Source: the human T2T-CHM13v2.0 reference genome, Homo sapiens
Assembly (NCBI RefSeq): GCF_009914755.1
Contig: NC_060940.1
Reading direction: 5' to 3' (one strand)
DNA length: 64,000 nucleotides
Part shown: one piece after another, positions 1-14,255 of the stretch
Layout: every line of letters starts with the position of its first letter
Numbering within the stretch: the first letter of the stretch is position 1
Translations under genes and position numbers: made by a program
Notes under the pieces: model-generated
Told to the model about the DNA's origin: nothing
Database searches by the model: none
What the model saw: the letters and a program-made list of their open reading frames with translations, nothing else

Positions 1-55
1 CTGCCTCAGCCTTCCAAAGTGCTGGGATTACAGGCATGATATACCAGGCCTAGCC
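1..55 (-). mobile_element. Alu 5' end fragment (runs off window)
   Basis: ccaaagtgctgggattacaggcatga is the reverse complement of the Alu left-arm start. Confidence 0.9.
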
Positions 56-1076
56 CCTAGAGGTATTAAATGGGGGTATTAACTTGTCTTTTTATTCTTC
101 ATTTAAATGATTGCAAATGCTATCCAATCTACTCCCGAGAGGCCCCTCAGGGAGTTAGTTTCCATTTTACAGATGAGGCAGCCGGACCCTTCTGCATGGC
201 AGAGAGGACATTCCAACCCAGATGCCAGTGCCAGAGGCTGCCCATAGCTCCGCTACTGTTGAGCTGCTAACAAATTGGTTTGTCCAAGGGCATGTTCAAC
301 TGTAACCCTCCGTTCCCCTTTGGAGAAACTTCACTATCACCTAATTAGGTAACATGGTAACTGGGCAACCATTACTTATAATAGACGTGGAGTTGTAAAT
401 TATTCTATTTAATTAAGAACTGCACATTTCCTATTAAAGGAAAGCTTATCATAGGTTAGTAAATTTATTGGGAACACTTAACTTTAGCTAATTAAGCTGT
501 TTGAACTCAAGGCGAGGGCATTCATTAATAACCAAGCCCAAGCAGTTAAGGGCAATTAGTGAAACAGCTGGTCTTTATCTCACTGTTAAAGGATGGTTAA
601 TAGAGATCTTTGCAGCTCTTATAAACCTCCCCAAAGCAATATCTTCTTCAAAAGTTTGCATTGGTAAAGAAAATAGAAGAGGAAACTAAACATAAAAGAA
701 TGGAGTGTCGGAAGCAGTCTGGATCTCTAGGCTCATGATGATGCCAGAAAAAAATGAAATCCAGAGGCATTTCCTAGTGGTCCTCATCTTTCCTAGTGGT
801 CTGCATTTACCTGGGAGAGTTTGACCTCGAAGTCAGCAGTAGATGTGTTTTAGCTCCCCCCTGGAATCTTGGCTGCCCCAGGAGCATGGGGCCAGGGATG
901 GGTCCTTTATATATGCAGAGATTATATGTCCTGAAAGAAAAATGCAGGAATGGTAACCTCTCATTCAGAAATGCAGCCAGGTAGCCTTAGACAAAATGCT
1001 TTTTTTGGATCTGCAAACGTCTCTATGTAGAAAGTCTCACAGAGTCCTCATATGTCTTATTCAGTAATTTGTCAGA

Positions 1077-1374
1077 TTTTTTTTTTTTTTTTTTTTTTTG
1101 GAGATAGGGTCTAACTCCGTCACCCAGGCTGGAGTGCGGTGGCGCAATCTCAACTCATCACAACCTCAGCCTCCCAGGCTGAAGCGATCCTCCCACCTCA
1201 GCCTCCTGAGTAGCTGGTACTACGGGCATGTGCCACCATATCCTGCTAAGTTTTTTGTATTTTTAATAAAGACGAAGCTTCACCATGTTGTCCAGGCTGG
1301 TCTTGAACTCCTGAGCTCAAGCGATCAGCCTCCCAAAATGCTAGGATTACAGGCATGAGCCGCCCTACCCAGCC
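1077..1374 (-). mobile_element. Alu (AluJ-like)
   Basis: Poly-T, then dimeric Alu reverse complement with ctcaagcgatc J-type motif. Confidence 0.95.
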
Positions 1375-1722
1375 AGCTTGAACTTTTATTTAGAAATGTT
1401 AAAATGTGCATAGTTATTAGGATTATCTTGTGTTTCAGGAATCAACTGTCATTATGTATCCTGTGATTGGAGGGAAATGAGTAATTCTTACCCTACCTGC
1501 AAATAGTTGTTTCTTGGTCAGATGGTAGGGATTCTGGTTGGGGATGGTACTTTCATCACTCTGCCTTCAGACATGTATTGATTGCCTGTTGTATGCTGGG
1601 CACTATGCTGGTATGTGACATCACATGAGAGCATCAAGGAGCCTGTTTAGCTTGCAATCCAATGAGAGAAGAATGGACAGTAAACAGGTGTTGTTTTTGT
1701 TTATTAAAACAAGGTAATCTTT

Positions 1723-2036
<314 letters not shown>

Positions 2037-2286
2037 TCATGGACTATGATCAATGCTTTGAAGGCAAAGTGGTTATCCAAATTCAGCCTTTCTTGGTTGT
2101 TGCCTTGCCTTATAATAGTGTCTGCTTCATATTTCCTTTTTAGTTGGCTCATATTGCTTTAAACTTAAATATATTTATTTGAAATGAAGACCTTATATTC
2201 CTACAATAAGTGGGAAGCCAGTATCACTTATCAGAAATGGAAACTAATCAGAAGAATAAATACATAACTATTAAAATGAAAGCTGT

Positions 2287-2517
2287 CACATGTTCTCATT
2301 TATACGTGGGAGCTAAATGATGAGAACACATGGACACATAGAAGGGAACAACACACCCTTTCAGAGGGTGGAGGGTGGGAGGAGGGAGAGGATCAGGAGA
2401 AATAACTAATGAGTACTAGGTACTGGGTGATGAAATAGTCAAACACCCGTGACACAAGTTTACCTATGTAACAAACCTGCACTTATACCCCTGAATTTAA
2501 AGTAAAAGTTAAAAAAA
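2287..2517 (+). mobile_element. L1 3' end fragment (L1PA13-16-like)
   Basis: catgttctca...gggagctaaatgatgagaacacatggacac...tgtaacaaacctgcac, then A tail. Confidence 0.85.
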
Positions 2518-2577
2518 TTCATTACCTCACATACTTAGTTTTGGAGGGTTGAAGACATTTAAAATCTACTCTTTTAG

Positions 2578-3051
<474 letters not shown>

Positions 3052-3269
3052 TAATATTAAAGTTTTCTTTGGTTTTAGTAAATGAAAAAAATAAAAATAA
3101 AATAAAACCTGTCTTCTGCCACCTAAAAACAGCCCAGGAAGTACCAGCAGTGTGCATGTCATATTTTGGAAATATTGGCATGAGTTGAGGGGTAACTGAG
3201 GATGCCACCTGCCATGTGTGCATGCATGTGTATGTATATAACCACCTGAAAGTAGATTACATGGTACTT

Positions 3270-4125
3270 CACTCTTAAATAATAGTGTGCGTTGTCTAAG
3301 AACAGGAACTTCTACTACATAATCATAATACCATTTCACACCTGAGAAAATGAACAATAGAGCCTGATATTATTTAATATATAGTCCATATTCATGCTTT
3401 CCTCATTGGCCCAAAAATATTTTTATAGCTTTCTTCTTGAACCCAGATATAATCAAGGCTTACACACTGCATTTGGTCACTAGGTGTTTTTAGTCTAAAT
3501 CTATAACAAAGTTTGGTAATCATTTTCTAGAAAGGGCCGGGTAGCAAATATTTTTGGCTTTGCAGGCCATATCATCTCTGTTGCAGTCACTTAACTCTGC
3601 TCTTTTCATACAAAAGCAGCCATGGACAGTAAGTAAACAAGTGAACATGGCTGTATTCCAATAAAACATTATTTACAAAAACAGGTAGTGGGCCAGATTT
3701 GGTCCACAGGATAACACCAAACTCACTTCCCCTTTTAAATGAAATTGGCTTAAAATCCTTCCTTTTAAAGTTGCAGCATGTGGCATTGACTTTTGAAAAA
3801 TCTCAGCCAGATGTCTTGTAGAATGTCCCACATTTGGATTTGTCCGAAGTTTCCTCTGGGTGTTATTGAACTTGTTCCTCTCTCCCCTATATTTCTTCTG
3901 TCCTGAAGATTAGTTTCAGAGGCTTGATTTGATTGGGGTGAAACATTTCTGGCAAGAATCCTTCAAGGTGATGCCATATCTTTCACATTGCATCATGCCA
4001 GGAAACATGTATTTCTTTGCTCCCCACTTGGTGATGCCAAGTTTGAGCCCTTGGCTAGGGACATAACACCAGACCTCTCCATTGCAAAGGTACATTTCCC
4101 CTCTGGAATTAGTGCATAATATGCA
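3270..4125 (-). mobile_element. Old L1M fragment (L1MC4/5-like), split by MER58A
   Basis: Typical L1MC 3' region motifs (cataatcataatacc, cacactgcatttggt, gtagaatgtcccacatt, ggcaagaat). Confidence 0.6.
3507..3710 (+). mobile_element. MER58A (hAT-Charlie)
   Basis: aaagggcc...aaatatt...ggctttgcaggccat...aaagcagccat...ccaataaaac...gggccagatttgg. Confidence 0.85.
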
Positions 4126-4239
4126 GGCTTCTCCCTCTGTCTGGAACACGCCTCTCTGTGGTCTTCCTTTGGGTGGCTCTTTCTCATCATTTGAGCCCCC
4201 ACTCAAGCATCAGCTGCCCTGAGAGCAGGACATTATGCA

Positions 4240-4765
4240 ACTGCTCTTAGGTGCTCTCAAGGCCCTGCATGCTGTGGCCCTGGCCACCTCCCTGGAGTCA
4301 TCTTGGACATTCTCCTCTTTCCTGTTGCAGGTCAGCCATGCTGGCCATCTTTCACTGCATGGAGTGCACCGTGCTCCCTCTGTCCTATCCTTGCCTGGAG
4401 CACATCACTCTCTGCCTCACCCGGCTAACCCCTTCTCACACTTCTGGTATTCACTAGGGGGTCCTATCCTGAAGGGTGTCTTCCTAGACTGTCCTCCCCA
4501 TCCCAGTTTGGGCAAAATACTGCTGTCAAATGTTCTCAAAGTACCACATAAGTTTCTTTTTGTAAGGGCTCATCACAACGGAAATTTTTCATTTTTAATG
4601 TGGTTATTATATTAGTCTCCCCTACCCTCCCTAGAAGCTGAGCTCCATAAGGGCAAGAAGCCTGCCTAATTTTGTTCATCCCTGTAAATATCCAAAACAC
4701 CTAGCACAGTGCCCAGCACATAGTAGGTGCTCAATAAATATCTGTTGAATAAATGTATGAATAAT
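4240..4765 (+). mobile_element. L2 3' end
   Basis: Ends cctagcacagtgcccagcacatagtaggtgctcaataaatatctgttgaat. Confidence 0.85.
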
Positions 4766-4849
4766 GACTTGTTGAATGGCTCCAATGGGACCCTATGCTA
4801 ATAGGATCCTGAAGGGTCAGCCCTATTTAGCACTCGGAATGATCTAGAC

Positions 4850-5375
4850 CAGGAATTGGCAAGCTTTTTCTGGAAATGGCCAGATAGTAAATATTTTTAG
4901 CTTTGTGGGCCATACATTCTCTCACGGAATTATTCAAGTTGGTTGTGGTAGTGAAAGCAGCCAGGGGAAATACCTAAGTGAATGGACAGAGCTTTGTTCC
5001 AATAAAAATTTATTTACAACAGGCCAGGTGCAGTGGCTCATGCCTGTAATCCCAGCACTTTGGGAGGCTGAGGAGGGCAGATCAGTTGAGGTCAGGAGTT
5101 CAAGACCAGCCTGGCCAACATGGTGAAACCCCATCTCTACTAACAATACAAAAATTAGCCGGGCATGGTAGCATGCACCTGTAATCCCAACTATTCAGAA
5201 GGCGGAGGCAGGAGAATCGCTTGAATCCAGGAGATGGAGGTTGCAGTGAACTTAGGTCACACCACTGCATCCCAGTCTGGATGACAGAGCGAGACTTCAT
5301 CTCAAAAAAAAAAAAAAAAATTACAATAGGAGGCGAGCCAGATTGGGGCTGTGGGATGGAGTTGGCCAGTCCCTG
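4850..5375 (+). mobile_element. MER58A interrupted by Alu
   Basis: Termini cagg...ccctg; 8-bp hAT-type TSD atctagac (4842-4849) and atctaggg (5376-5383). Confidence 0.85.
5022..5320 (+). mobile_element. Alu (AluSx/Sz-like)
   Basis: Full dimer with gaggtcaggagttcaagaccagcctggccaacatgg; A17 tail. Confidence 0.97.
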
Positions 5376-5860
5376 ATCTAGGGGCATTATTCCTGGTTTC
5401 ATCTTAATTTTGCTTCATATTTATTGAATTCCTGCTCTGTAACAGGCATGATTCTGGATTCTGGGAATATCACAGTGAGTGAGACTGACAATATCTTTGG
5501 CCACATGAAGCTTACTATAAATGAATGAATATTTGACTAGAGACAGACAATAAAGAAGTAAATGAATAATATCATTTCACACATGATGATGTGTTCCATG
5601 AAAAATAATTAAACTGGGTGCTGGAATGCTGAATGACTGAGTTGAAGCCTAGGGGCTGCTCTTTTAAATAGAATGGTCAGGTTAAATTAGGGGCAATTTG
5701 AGCATTGGTAAAAAGGATGTAACTGAATGTCGCACACTGGAGAAATAAAAACCCATGAGTCAATAGTGTGTCTAAAGAGAAAGGGAGAAGTGAAGGAGGA
5801 AAGCTCTTAGTTAGGGAGCTAACTAATCCTTGTAAAAGGATCGGTAGAATTAAAAATCAT

Positions 5861-6163
5861 GGCCAGGAGTGGTGGCTCGTGCCTGTAATCCCAGCACTTT
5901 GGGAGACTGAAGTGGATGGATCACTTGATCCTAGAAGTTCAAGACCAGCCTAGGAAACATAGTGAGACCCTCATTACTACTACTAATAAAAAATATTATC
6001 CAGGCATAGTAGCACACACCTATAGTCCCAGCTATTTGGGAGGCTGAGGAGGGAGGATCGCTTGAACCTGGGGAGGCTGAGGCTGCAGTGAGCTGTGATC
6101 GTGCTACTGCATTCTGGCTTGGGCAACAGAGAGAGACCCTGTCTCTAAAAAAAAATAATAAAA
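5861..6163 (+). mobile_element. Alu (AluJ-like)
   Basis: Full dimer; TSD taaaaatcat 5851-5860 and 6164-6173. Confidence 0.95.
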
Positions 6164-6205
6164 TAAAAATCATGTTTCAAGCCCCATTGTAATAATTGAT
6201 TCATG

Positions 6206-6668
<463 letters not shown>

Positions 6669-7424
6669 CTAGGATTTTATCCTAAGTGTGGGGGGAAACC
6701 ATGACAGTCTTTGGAATGGAAAGGAGGTAAGATGGTTTCTATTTTAACATGATTCTGCCTGCTACTGTGGCAGGAGTAGGTTGGCAATGGGGTGGTCACA
6801 GTGGAAGAGGGAGACCAGCAAGGGGACTTCCAAAGTCATCTGATGCAAGAAATGATGTGGTGTCAGCAGAAGGGGTGAGGAGTGGTTGCAGCTGGCATAT
6901 ACATTTGAAGGTAGAACTCCCAGGGTTTGAATTATATGTGGATGGGAAGGAAAGAGAGGAGTTGAGGATGACTCCAAGGTCTCGAGGCTGAATAATCTGT
7001 GGGTGGGAGCCATGTTGGGGGAAGACCCTCAGAGGCCTCGGTTTATGAAAGAAGCCTCAACAACTGTATTATGATGGATACATGCCCTGTGTGAGATGCC
7101 TGTTAGACATCTCAGTGACATGGAGTAGGCAGGTGTAGGAGGTACGAGCCTGGAGATAGTTGAGAGTTATTGGTCTATAGCTGATTAAATCACAAGAGGG
7201 GATAAGATCCCTTAGATAGAGGAGACCTAGGATTGGGAAAGGCATTAGGGGACACAGAAGGGGCAGCTGGTTAGGTAGGAAAACCAGGAGGATGGGAACC
7301 CTAGCACCAGTTCAGAAAGAATTTCAAGAACTTAGTTCCCTTATTTCCCCTTATTGTATTTTTTCACCCCTTTAAAACTCATTTTGGCCTGTAGCAGTGG
7401 TAAACAATAGCTCTGACAGTAGTA

Positions 7425-7640
7425 ACAGTAAAGGCAGCCAGCATTTATACCTGTTCTGTGCCACACAGATGCTAAACACCTTACCTGCTCTATCTCATTG
7501 AATCCTCACTCCAGCTCCTTGATGTGGGCTTTATTATTATCCCTGGTCTAAACTGAGCAAAGTGAGGCCCAGAGAGGTTGAGTGACTTGCCCAAAGTCAC
7601 ACAGCTCATAAGTGACAGAGCCAGAATTAGAACCCTACAT
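7425..7640 (-). mobile_element. MIR
   Basis: gaggcccagagaggttgagtgacttgcccaaagtcacacagct core. Confidence 0.85.
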
Positions 7641-7814
7641 GCCTCAAATCTTTTCCCAAAATAGGTTAGCTATAAATAAATGTCCTGAGAAGCTCCTGGG
7701 AAAAGGGTAGTGGTTGATGGGAGGACATTCACTCTGGTATTTAAGGAACTGCTATTCATCAGTCCAGAAACAGAATAGAGGCAGACAATACAAAATTCCT
7801 GCTCTTCTGGGGGA

Positions 7815-8215
7815 GCCTCAGTATCCTCATCTGTGAAATGGGGATAATAAATATATCTACCTCATCAACTTTTTGAGAGGATTCAATGTGTTAATGCAAC
7901 AAATCTCTCAGAACAGGGCCTAACATGTAGTTGACATACGAGACATAGTCATTATTGAGAGACTCTATGGCTTCATGGTTAAGGATTGGGCCTCCTAGTG
8001 CCAGGATGTCTGGGTTCAAATCCCAACTTTGCTACTCCCTAGCTGTGTGGCACTGGGCAAATTCCTTACCCTCTCTGTGGCTTAATTTCCCCATCTGTAA
8101 AATGGGATAATGATAGTTTGTAGCTCATATCATTATGATGAAGGTTTACTAAGCTAATATTTTGAAAGGGCTTGAAGTAGCTGGTACATAGTTCTCGTGT
8201 TTTAGCTGTTATCAT
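7815..8215 (+). mobile_element. Two tandem MIRs
   Basis: ctcatctgtgaaatggggataata, then tgggttcaaatccc...catctgtaaaatgggataa. Confidence 0.8.
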
Positions 8216-8229
8216 GGGGTTGGGATACA

Positions 8230-8800
8230 GTGGGGACACAGGCAACAAGCACGCCTGTCAGTAAAGAAACATGTTATCATCTGTGAGAAGAAAGCATGGT
8301 AAATAAAAACCCTGCTGGATTTCCACGTGCGTTTCCGTGACAGGCGGCCTGGATTAAAGAGTCGAGAAGTCACAGCGGGAAGAGCTGTCCTGTTCCCAGA
8401 GGCAAATGACAGCCCACGGAAAGAAATAGCACAAAGCTTCAGGACGGGGAGACGGTGTCCCGAGGAAAGAGAGGAGGAGCAGAGGATGCTGCGAATCACT
8501 GTAATATTTTCCCTAGGAAAGTCCCAGGGGTTCTTGTAGAGGCCTTAATCTCCTATTCTGGGCTTCGGATGCCGGTAGCTCCTTGCTCTTTGAGAGCTGC
8601 GTTCCCTCTGGCCTCTGTCTGTCTCTGTTAGAGCCTAATCATATTTGAAAGTAGTTTTTATCTGTGATTATTCATCTGTATATGAGGAGCTTATGTGTCT
8701 AAGCTGCCACTTCCATCAAATCCAAGCGCACGGCCCCGTTAATACGCACAGGCCTGACGTTGGCAGGGAAAGTGGTCCCCACCCCTAGTCCAAGGAGGGA
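8230..8800. promoter_or_regulatory. Candidate enhancer or weak promoter (CpG-retaining unique island)
   Basis: About 20 CpGs in 8221-8760; canonical kB site GGAAAGTCCC 8516-8525; CACGTG 8324-8329; three TGACAG/CTGTCA sites. Confidence 0.45.
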
Positions 8801-9356
8801 GATTTTAGAGAGTTACAGGGGGCCAGCTTTGGGAGTGGGGAGGTGGAGGTAGACAGTGCTGGCATCAAGACAGGGAGCAAAACAAATATGAGAGACCTAA
8901 TAGCAGGAATTCCAGCCAGGCCCGTAAATCGATAGGTGGGCTTACCCTCAAGGCATGGCTTCTCAAACTTTAATAAGATGGTGTCTATGAAGATTACATA
9001 TTAGCTTAGAGAACAATATTTCATTTTCGCTGGCTCTTTTTAATCTGCGGGAGATGATGTGCTGGGCTAGGTTTAATGCTCACACACATATTTCAGTTTA
9101 ATTTTCTGTTAAATTGTGGTGAGGTTAGAGTGGAGTTTTTTCCCCTCTTCCCAGGGTGGGGAGTTCTGACATCAGGAGGCAGACAGCCAGCGGGGAATCA
9201 GGCCAAGGACAAAGTTGGGCGGCCCCCCGACCTACAACAAAGACAAAATCATTTGATTATCCTTGCTTCTCCTGCGGATGTTTGTTTCTTTCTCTCTCTC
9301 TCTTTTTTCCTACAGCATTGCGATGTAATTCACATACCATGCAATTTACTCATTTA

Positions 9357-9695
<339 letters not shown>

Positions 9696-9699
9696 TGGA

Positions 9700-10732
<1,033 letters not shown>

Positions 10733-11021
10733 TTTTTTTTGAAACAGGGCATCATTCTGTTGCCAAGGCTGAAGTGCAGTGGCACAATCATGGCTCGTTG
10801 CAGCCTTGACCCTCTGAGCTCTATCAATCCTTCTGCCTTAGCCTCCTGAGTAGCTGAGACTACAGGTGTGCACCACCACGCCTGGTTAATTTTTGCATTT
10901 TTGTAGAGATGGAATTTCATCATGTTGCCCAAACTGTTCTTGAACTCCTGGGCTCAAACAATCCTCCAGCCTCGGCCTCCCAAATTGCTGGGATTACAGG
11001 TGTGAGCCACCGCACCTGGCC
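10733..11021 (-). mobile_element. Alu (AluJb-like)
   Basis: Full dimer reverse complement. Confidence 0.95.
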
Positions 11022-12276
11022 ATGAATTCTTTCTACTGCAACATTTTCCGTGGCCGTAATATGCAACTGTCAAAAATGCCATACTGATTCTAGAACCACA
11101 AATTAGAACACAAAGAGAAGCAAGAAACAGGCAGTCAGCACTATGGGGAAATGATGTTCTGCTCTGCAAGAATCTATTACCCACTCTATTTGAGAGGAAA
11201 TATTTGACAAGTTAATTTGTCCTTTTCTTTCCTAAGTGCTTTTGTGACCCCTGCACACCAGAGCAGTACCCATCTCTCCTTTAGGCTGTAGTACTGCACA
11301 TGAACCTTCAAGGTGTTTGGGCACAGTTGCCTTTTGTTTTGAGGACAGAGATCAAGATCTGGGAGGCAGTGCTTCTCTGGGGCCTGAATGGTGTTATGTA
11401 TTAGGGTGGGTGTTTGGAGTAATCAATGCGTTTTGTCAGGGCTAGGTCCAGGTCCCAGGTGACTGAGTGGCCCAGGACAGGAGCCCCTGTTGCTCAGGTC
11501 TAAGGGTGGCCTTGCAGATGTATGTGGGGAGACAGAGGTTCAGAGAAGAACTTCAGGACTGAAACACCTGGATAGCATCTCGGAATGCATAAACCATCCC
11601 TTTGGATGCCTGTGGAAACTTCTCTCCATATTTCTTATCTAAATGGTGTTTTCTCAACTTCTGATTTGACCATTCTGTGAATAATCCTAAGGGTTGAAAC
11701 TTTTATGAGTTAAGTGGTGATAGGCTTTTCCATTTTATTTGAGGATGCAAGCATTATTTTCCTAACAGACAGTTTTCATCTGTGGGCCAAAAGCATTGTC
11801 ACAGGTACATATTCTGAAATATTCTTATCTACAGATAAAGAACTCAGCACACACGGTGGTGTTTGAATAGGAAAAGTGAAAAACAAACCATTCACCTCAC
11901 GTGATCAATTTTATTTGGGCCATTAGCAGAGAATATTTTGCACTAGAGACTTCTTACATCAAGTAATAACTGAATGTTAAGCAAACAGATCATCAATTAT
12001 TAAGATGCAGCTGCTATTAACATAATCATTTACATTTCAGTAATATCAGCATTTGGAGGGGGTTGTAAAGCTACTTAAAAGCATCTGATGTACAAAATAG
12101 GAATTTAACCATGTTCCCTTTGCTAAAATTTTTTAGAGGATCTAGCTCTAATTTTCCACTTAAGAATGGGTGTTGTGATTGGGAGAGGTGTAAAATCTGA
12201 TGTAGAAATATCTGATCTCTGGATACCTTTTTTTAATTGGTGAAACTCAGGATGACTTCCTTTTGTGAACACATTT

Positions 12277-12604
12277 TCATTCATTCATTCATTCATTCAT
12301 TCATTCATTCATTCATTTAAAAGAGCCAGGGTCTTGCTCGTGATCCAGGCAGGAGTTTAGTGGTGCAATTATCACTTACTGCAGCCTCGAACTCTTGAGC
12401 TCAAGCAATTCTCCCACCTCAGCCTCCTGAGTAGCTAGGACGACAGACACATACCACCATGACTGGCTAGTTTTTAATTTTTTTTGTAGAGATGGGGTCT
12501 TGCTCTATTGCCCAGGCTGGTCTCAAACTCCTGGCCTGAAGCAACCCTCCTGCCTTGGCCTCCTAAAGTGTTGGGATTACAAGGCATGAGCCACTGCACC
12601 TGGT
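12277..12604 (-). mobile_element. Alu (AluJ-like) with (TTCA)n tail
   Basis: About 10 TTCA units at 12277-12316, then Alu reverse complement. Confidence 0.93.
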
Positions 12605-12609
12605 CTATA

Positions 12610-13225
12610 TTTTTGGAATATAGATAATACATTCATATGGCTCAAAAAGTAAAAAGTAAAAAAAAAAAAAATACAGCGAAAACCCTTCCTTCTTTCTCTG
12701 TCTTTTTTGGCCTACAGTGCTCCGTCCCCAGAAGTAATCACTGACGTCATGATCATTTTTATGTACCTGTTCAGGGTTTCTTTGTATATATCAGCAAATA
12801 CTAATTTTGACTCATTTCACACAGTTTTGAGCCGTGGGTCTTTTGCTTTTGTTTCTTATTTTCCAATATATCCTGGAGATTATTCCAAATCAGCACATAG
12901 AGAGCTCCCTCATTCTTTATTTCCAGCCCCATACTACCTGTTGTAGGTTGTACCATACTTTATTTAACCAATCTGCTATAGAGGGACATTGGATTTTTTC
13001 CAACTATTTCTTAGGCCAAACACATTGTAAGGAATAAACTTGTACTTGCATGAGGCACGTGCATATACTTTTACATATATTTAGGATAAATTTCTAGAAA
13101 TGGAATTTCTGGGTCAACTTTTCATGCATATGTAATTCTGATAGATGTTGCCAAATTATCCTCCATGGTGATAGTAGCCTTTTGCGATTCCACTAGCAAT
13201 AAACGAGAGTGCCTGTTTCCCCAAG
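12610..13225 (-). mobile_element. Old L1ME-like fragment
   Basis: ggataaatttctagaaatggaatttctgggtca...gatagatgttgccaaatt...gagtgcctgtttcccca. Confidence 0.65.
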
Positions 13226-13351
13226 GCTGGCTCATGTTTTGAAGACCTGCTCAAGTAGAGGCTATCTGCTCAGCACCGACTTGCAGGGGAGAATAGCATT
13301 GTTTTATTCGTATTCTCCAATTACTCTGCTACTTTTCACTCCTTGCCTTTT

Positions 13352-13506
13352 GCTTGCTGTATGACTGTGCCTTAGTTTCCTCACCTGTAAGATGGGGCTC
13401 TAAGAATACCTACAGCCTACAGTAGTTGGGAGAGTTCCAGGTGCTAATGCCAACAAAGCACTAAGCACAGTTCAGACACAGTAACTGCTTAAAAATGCTG
13501 TTATTA
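13352..13506 (+). mobile_element. MIR
   Basis: gtgccttagtttcctcacctgtaagatgggg...aaagcactaagcacag. Confidence 0.75.
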
Positions 13507-13969
13507 AGAGGGTCAACTACATGACACCACCCAGAGATTATTGCAACTCTGCTTCTCTTAGGCCACAGCAGACATGAATGTCCATGTTGTAAAATAACAA
13601 AGGCACTGAACATTTTCTTGGAAGAAGAGGAATTTTGGTTCTAGGTAAATGTGAGCCCCCTCTGTTGGGTGTAATTGGAGAAGAGGAAATTGGAGGTTTT
13701 GAGTGGAAAAGAGTGGTAAGGAGGATAGTGAAGCAGAAGCAGATATTTCTGCAATGAGCCTTGGAGGCGGAAAACAAACTGATGCCTGAGAGAGCTTTGG
13801 CACTGAAACCCCTGTCTATAGGAGGAGGTTCCTGAACTCTGTGTGTCACAGGTGCTGAGTGCCCCAGGTATTAACCGGCCTGAAGTTATCACCTGGACAG
13901 CTAAGGCTCTAGAATCTGAGTATTGAGGAGACTGGAGACAGAGCTACTCACCCGGGCCAAGTGGAATTG

Positions 13970-14255
13970 GCAGCATAGCTTTATGGTTGGAGGCTTTTTG
14001 TCTGGAATCAGGCAGCCCTGAGTTCAAATGCTGCCTCCATCACTTGCTAGTGGGCTGGCCTAGGATAAGTTCATGTTTCTGATCCTCACTTTCCTCATCG
14101 GTCATCTGAAGGTAAATGCCAGAGTAGGGGGCATTCTTAAGATGCTTGTATTTTCACAGGGAGGCTCGGGGATTACAGGCTGGAAGAGTTCTAAGACACT
14201 TAGCACTATGCCTGGCACATCTTAAACACTTAATAAATGTCAGCAGCTATTAAGG
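13970..14255 (+). mobile_element. MIR
   Basis: tctggaatcaggcagccctgagttcaaat...cttagcactatgcctggcacat...aataaatgt. Confidence 0.75.
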
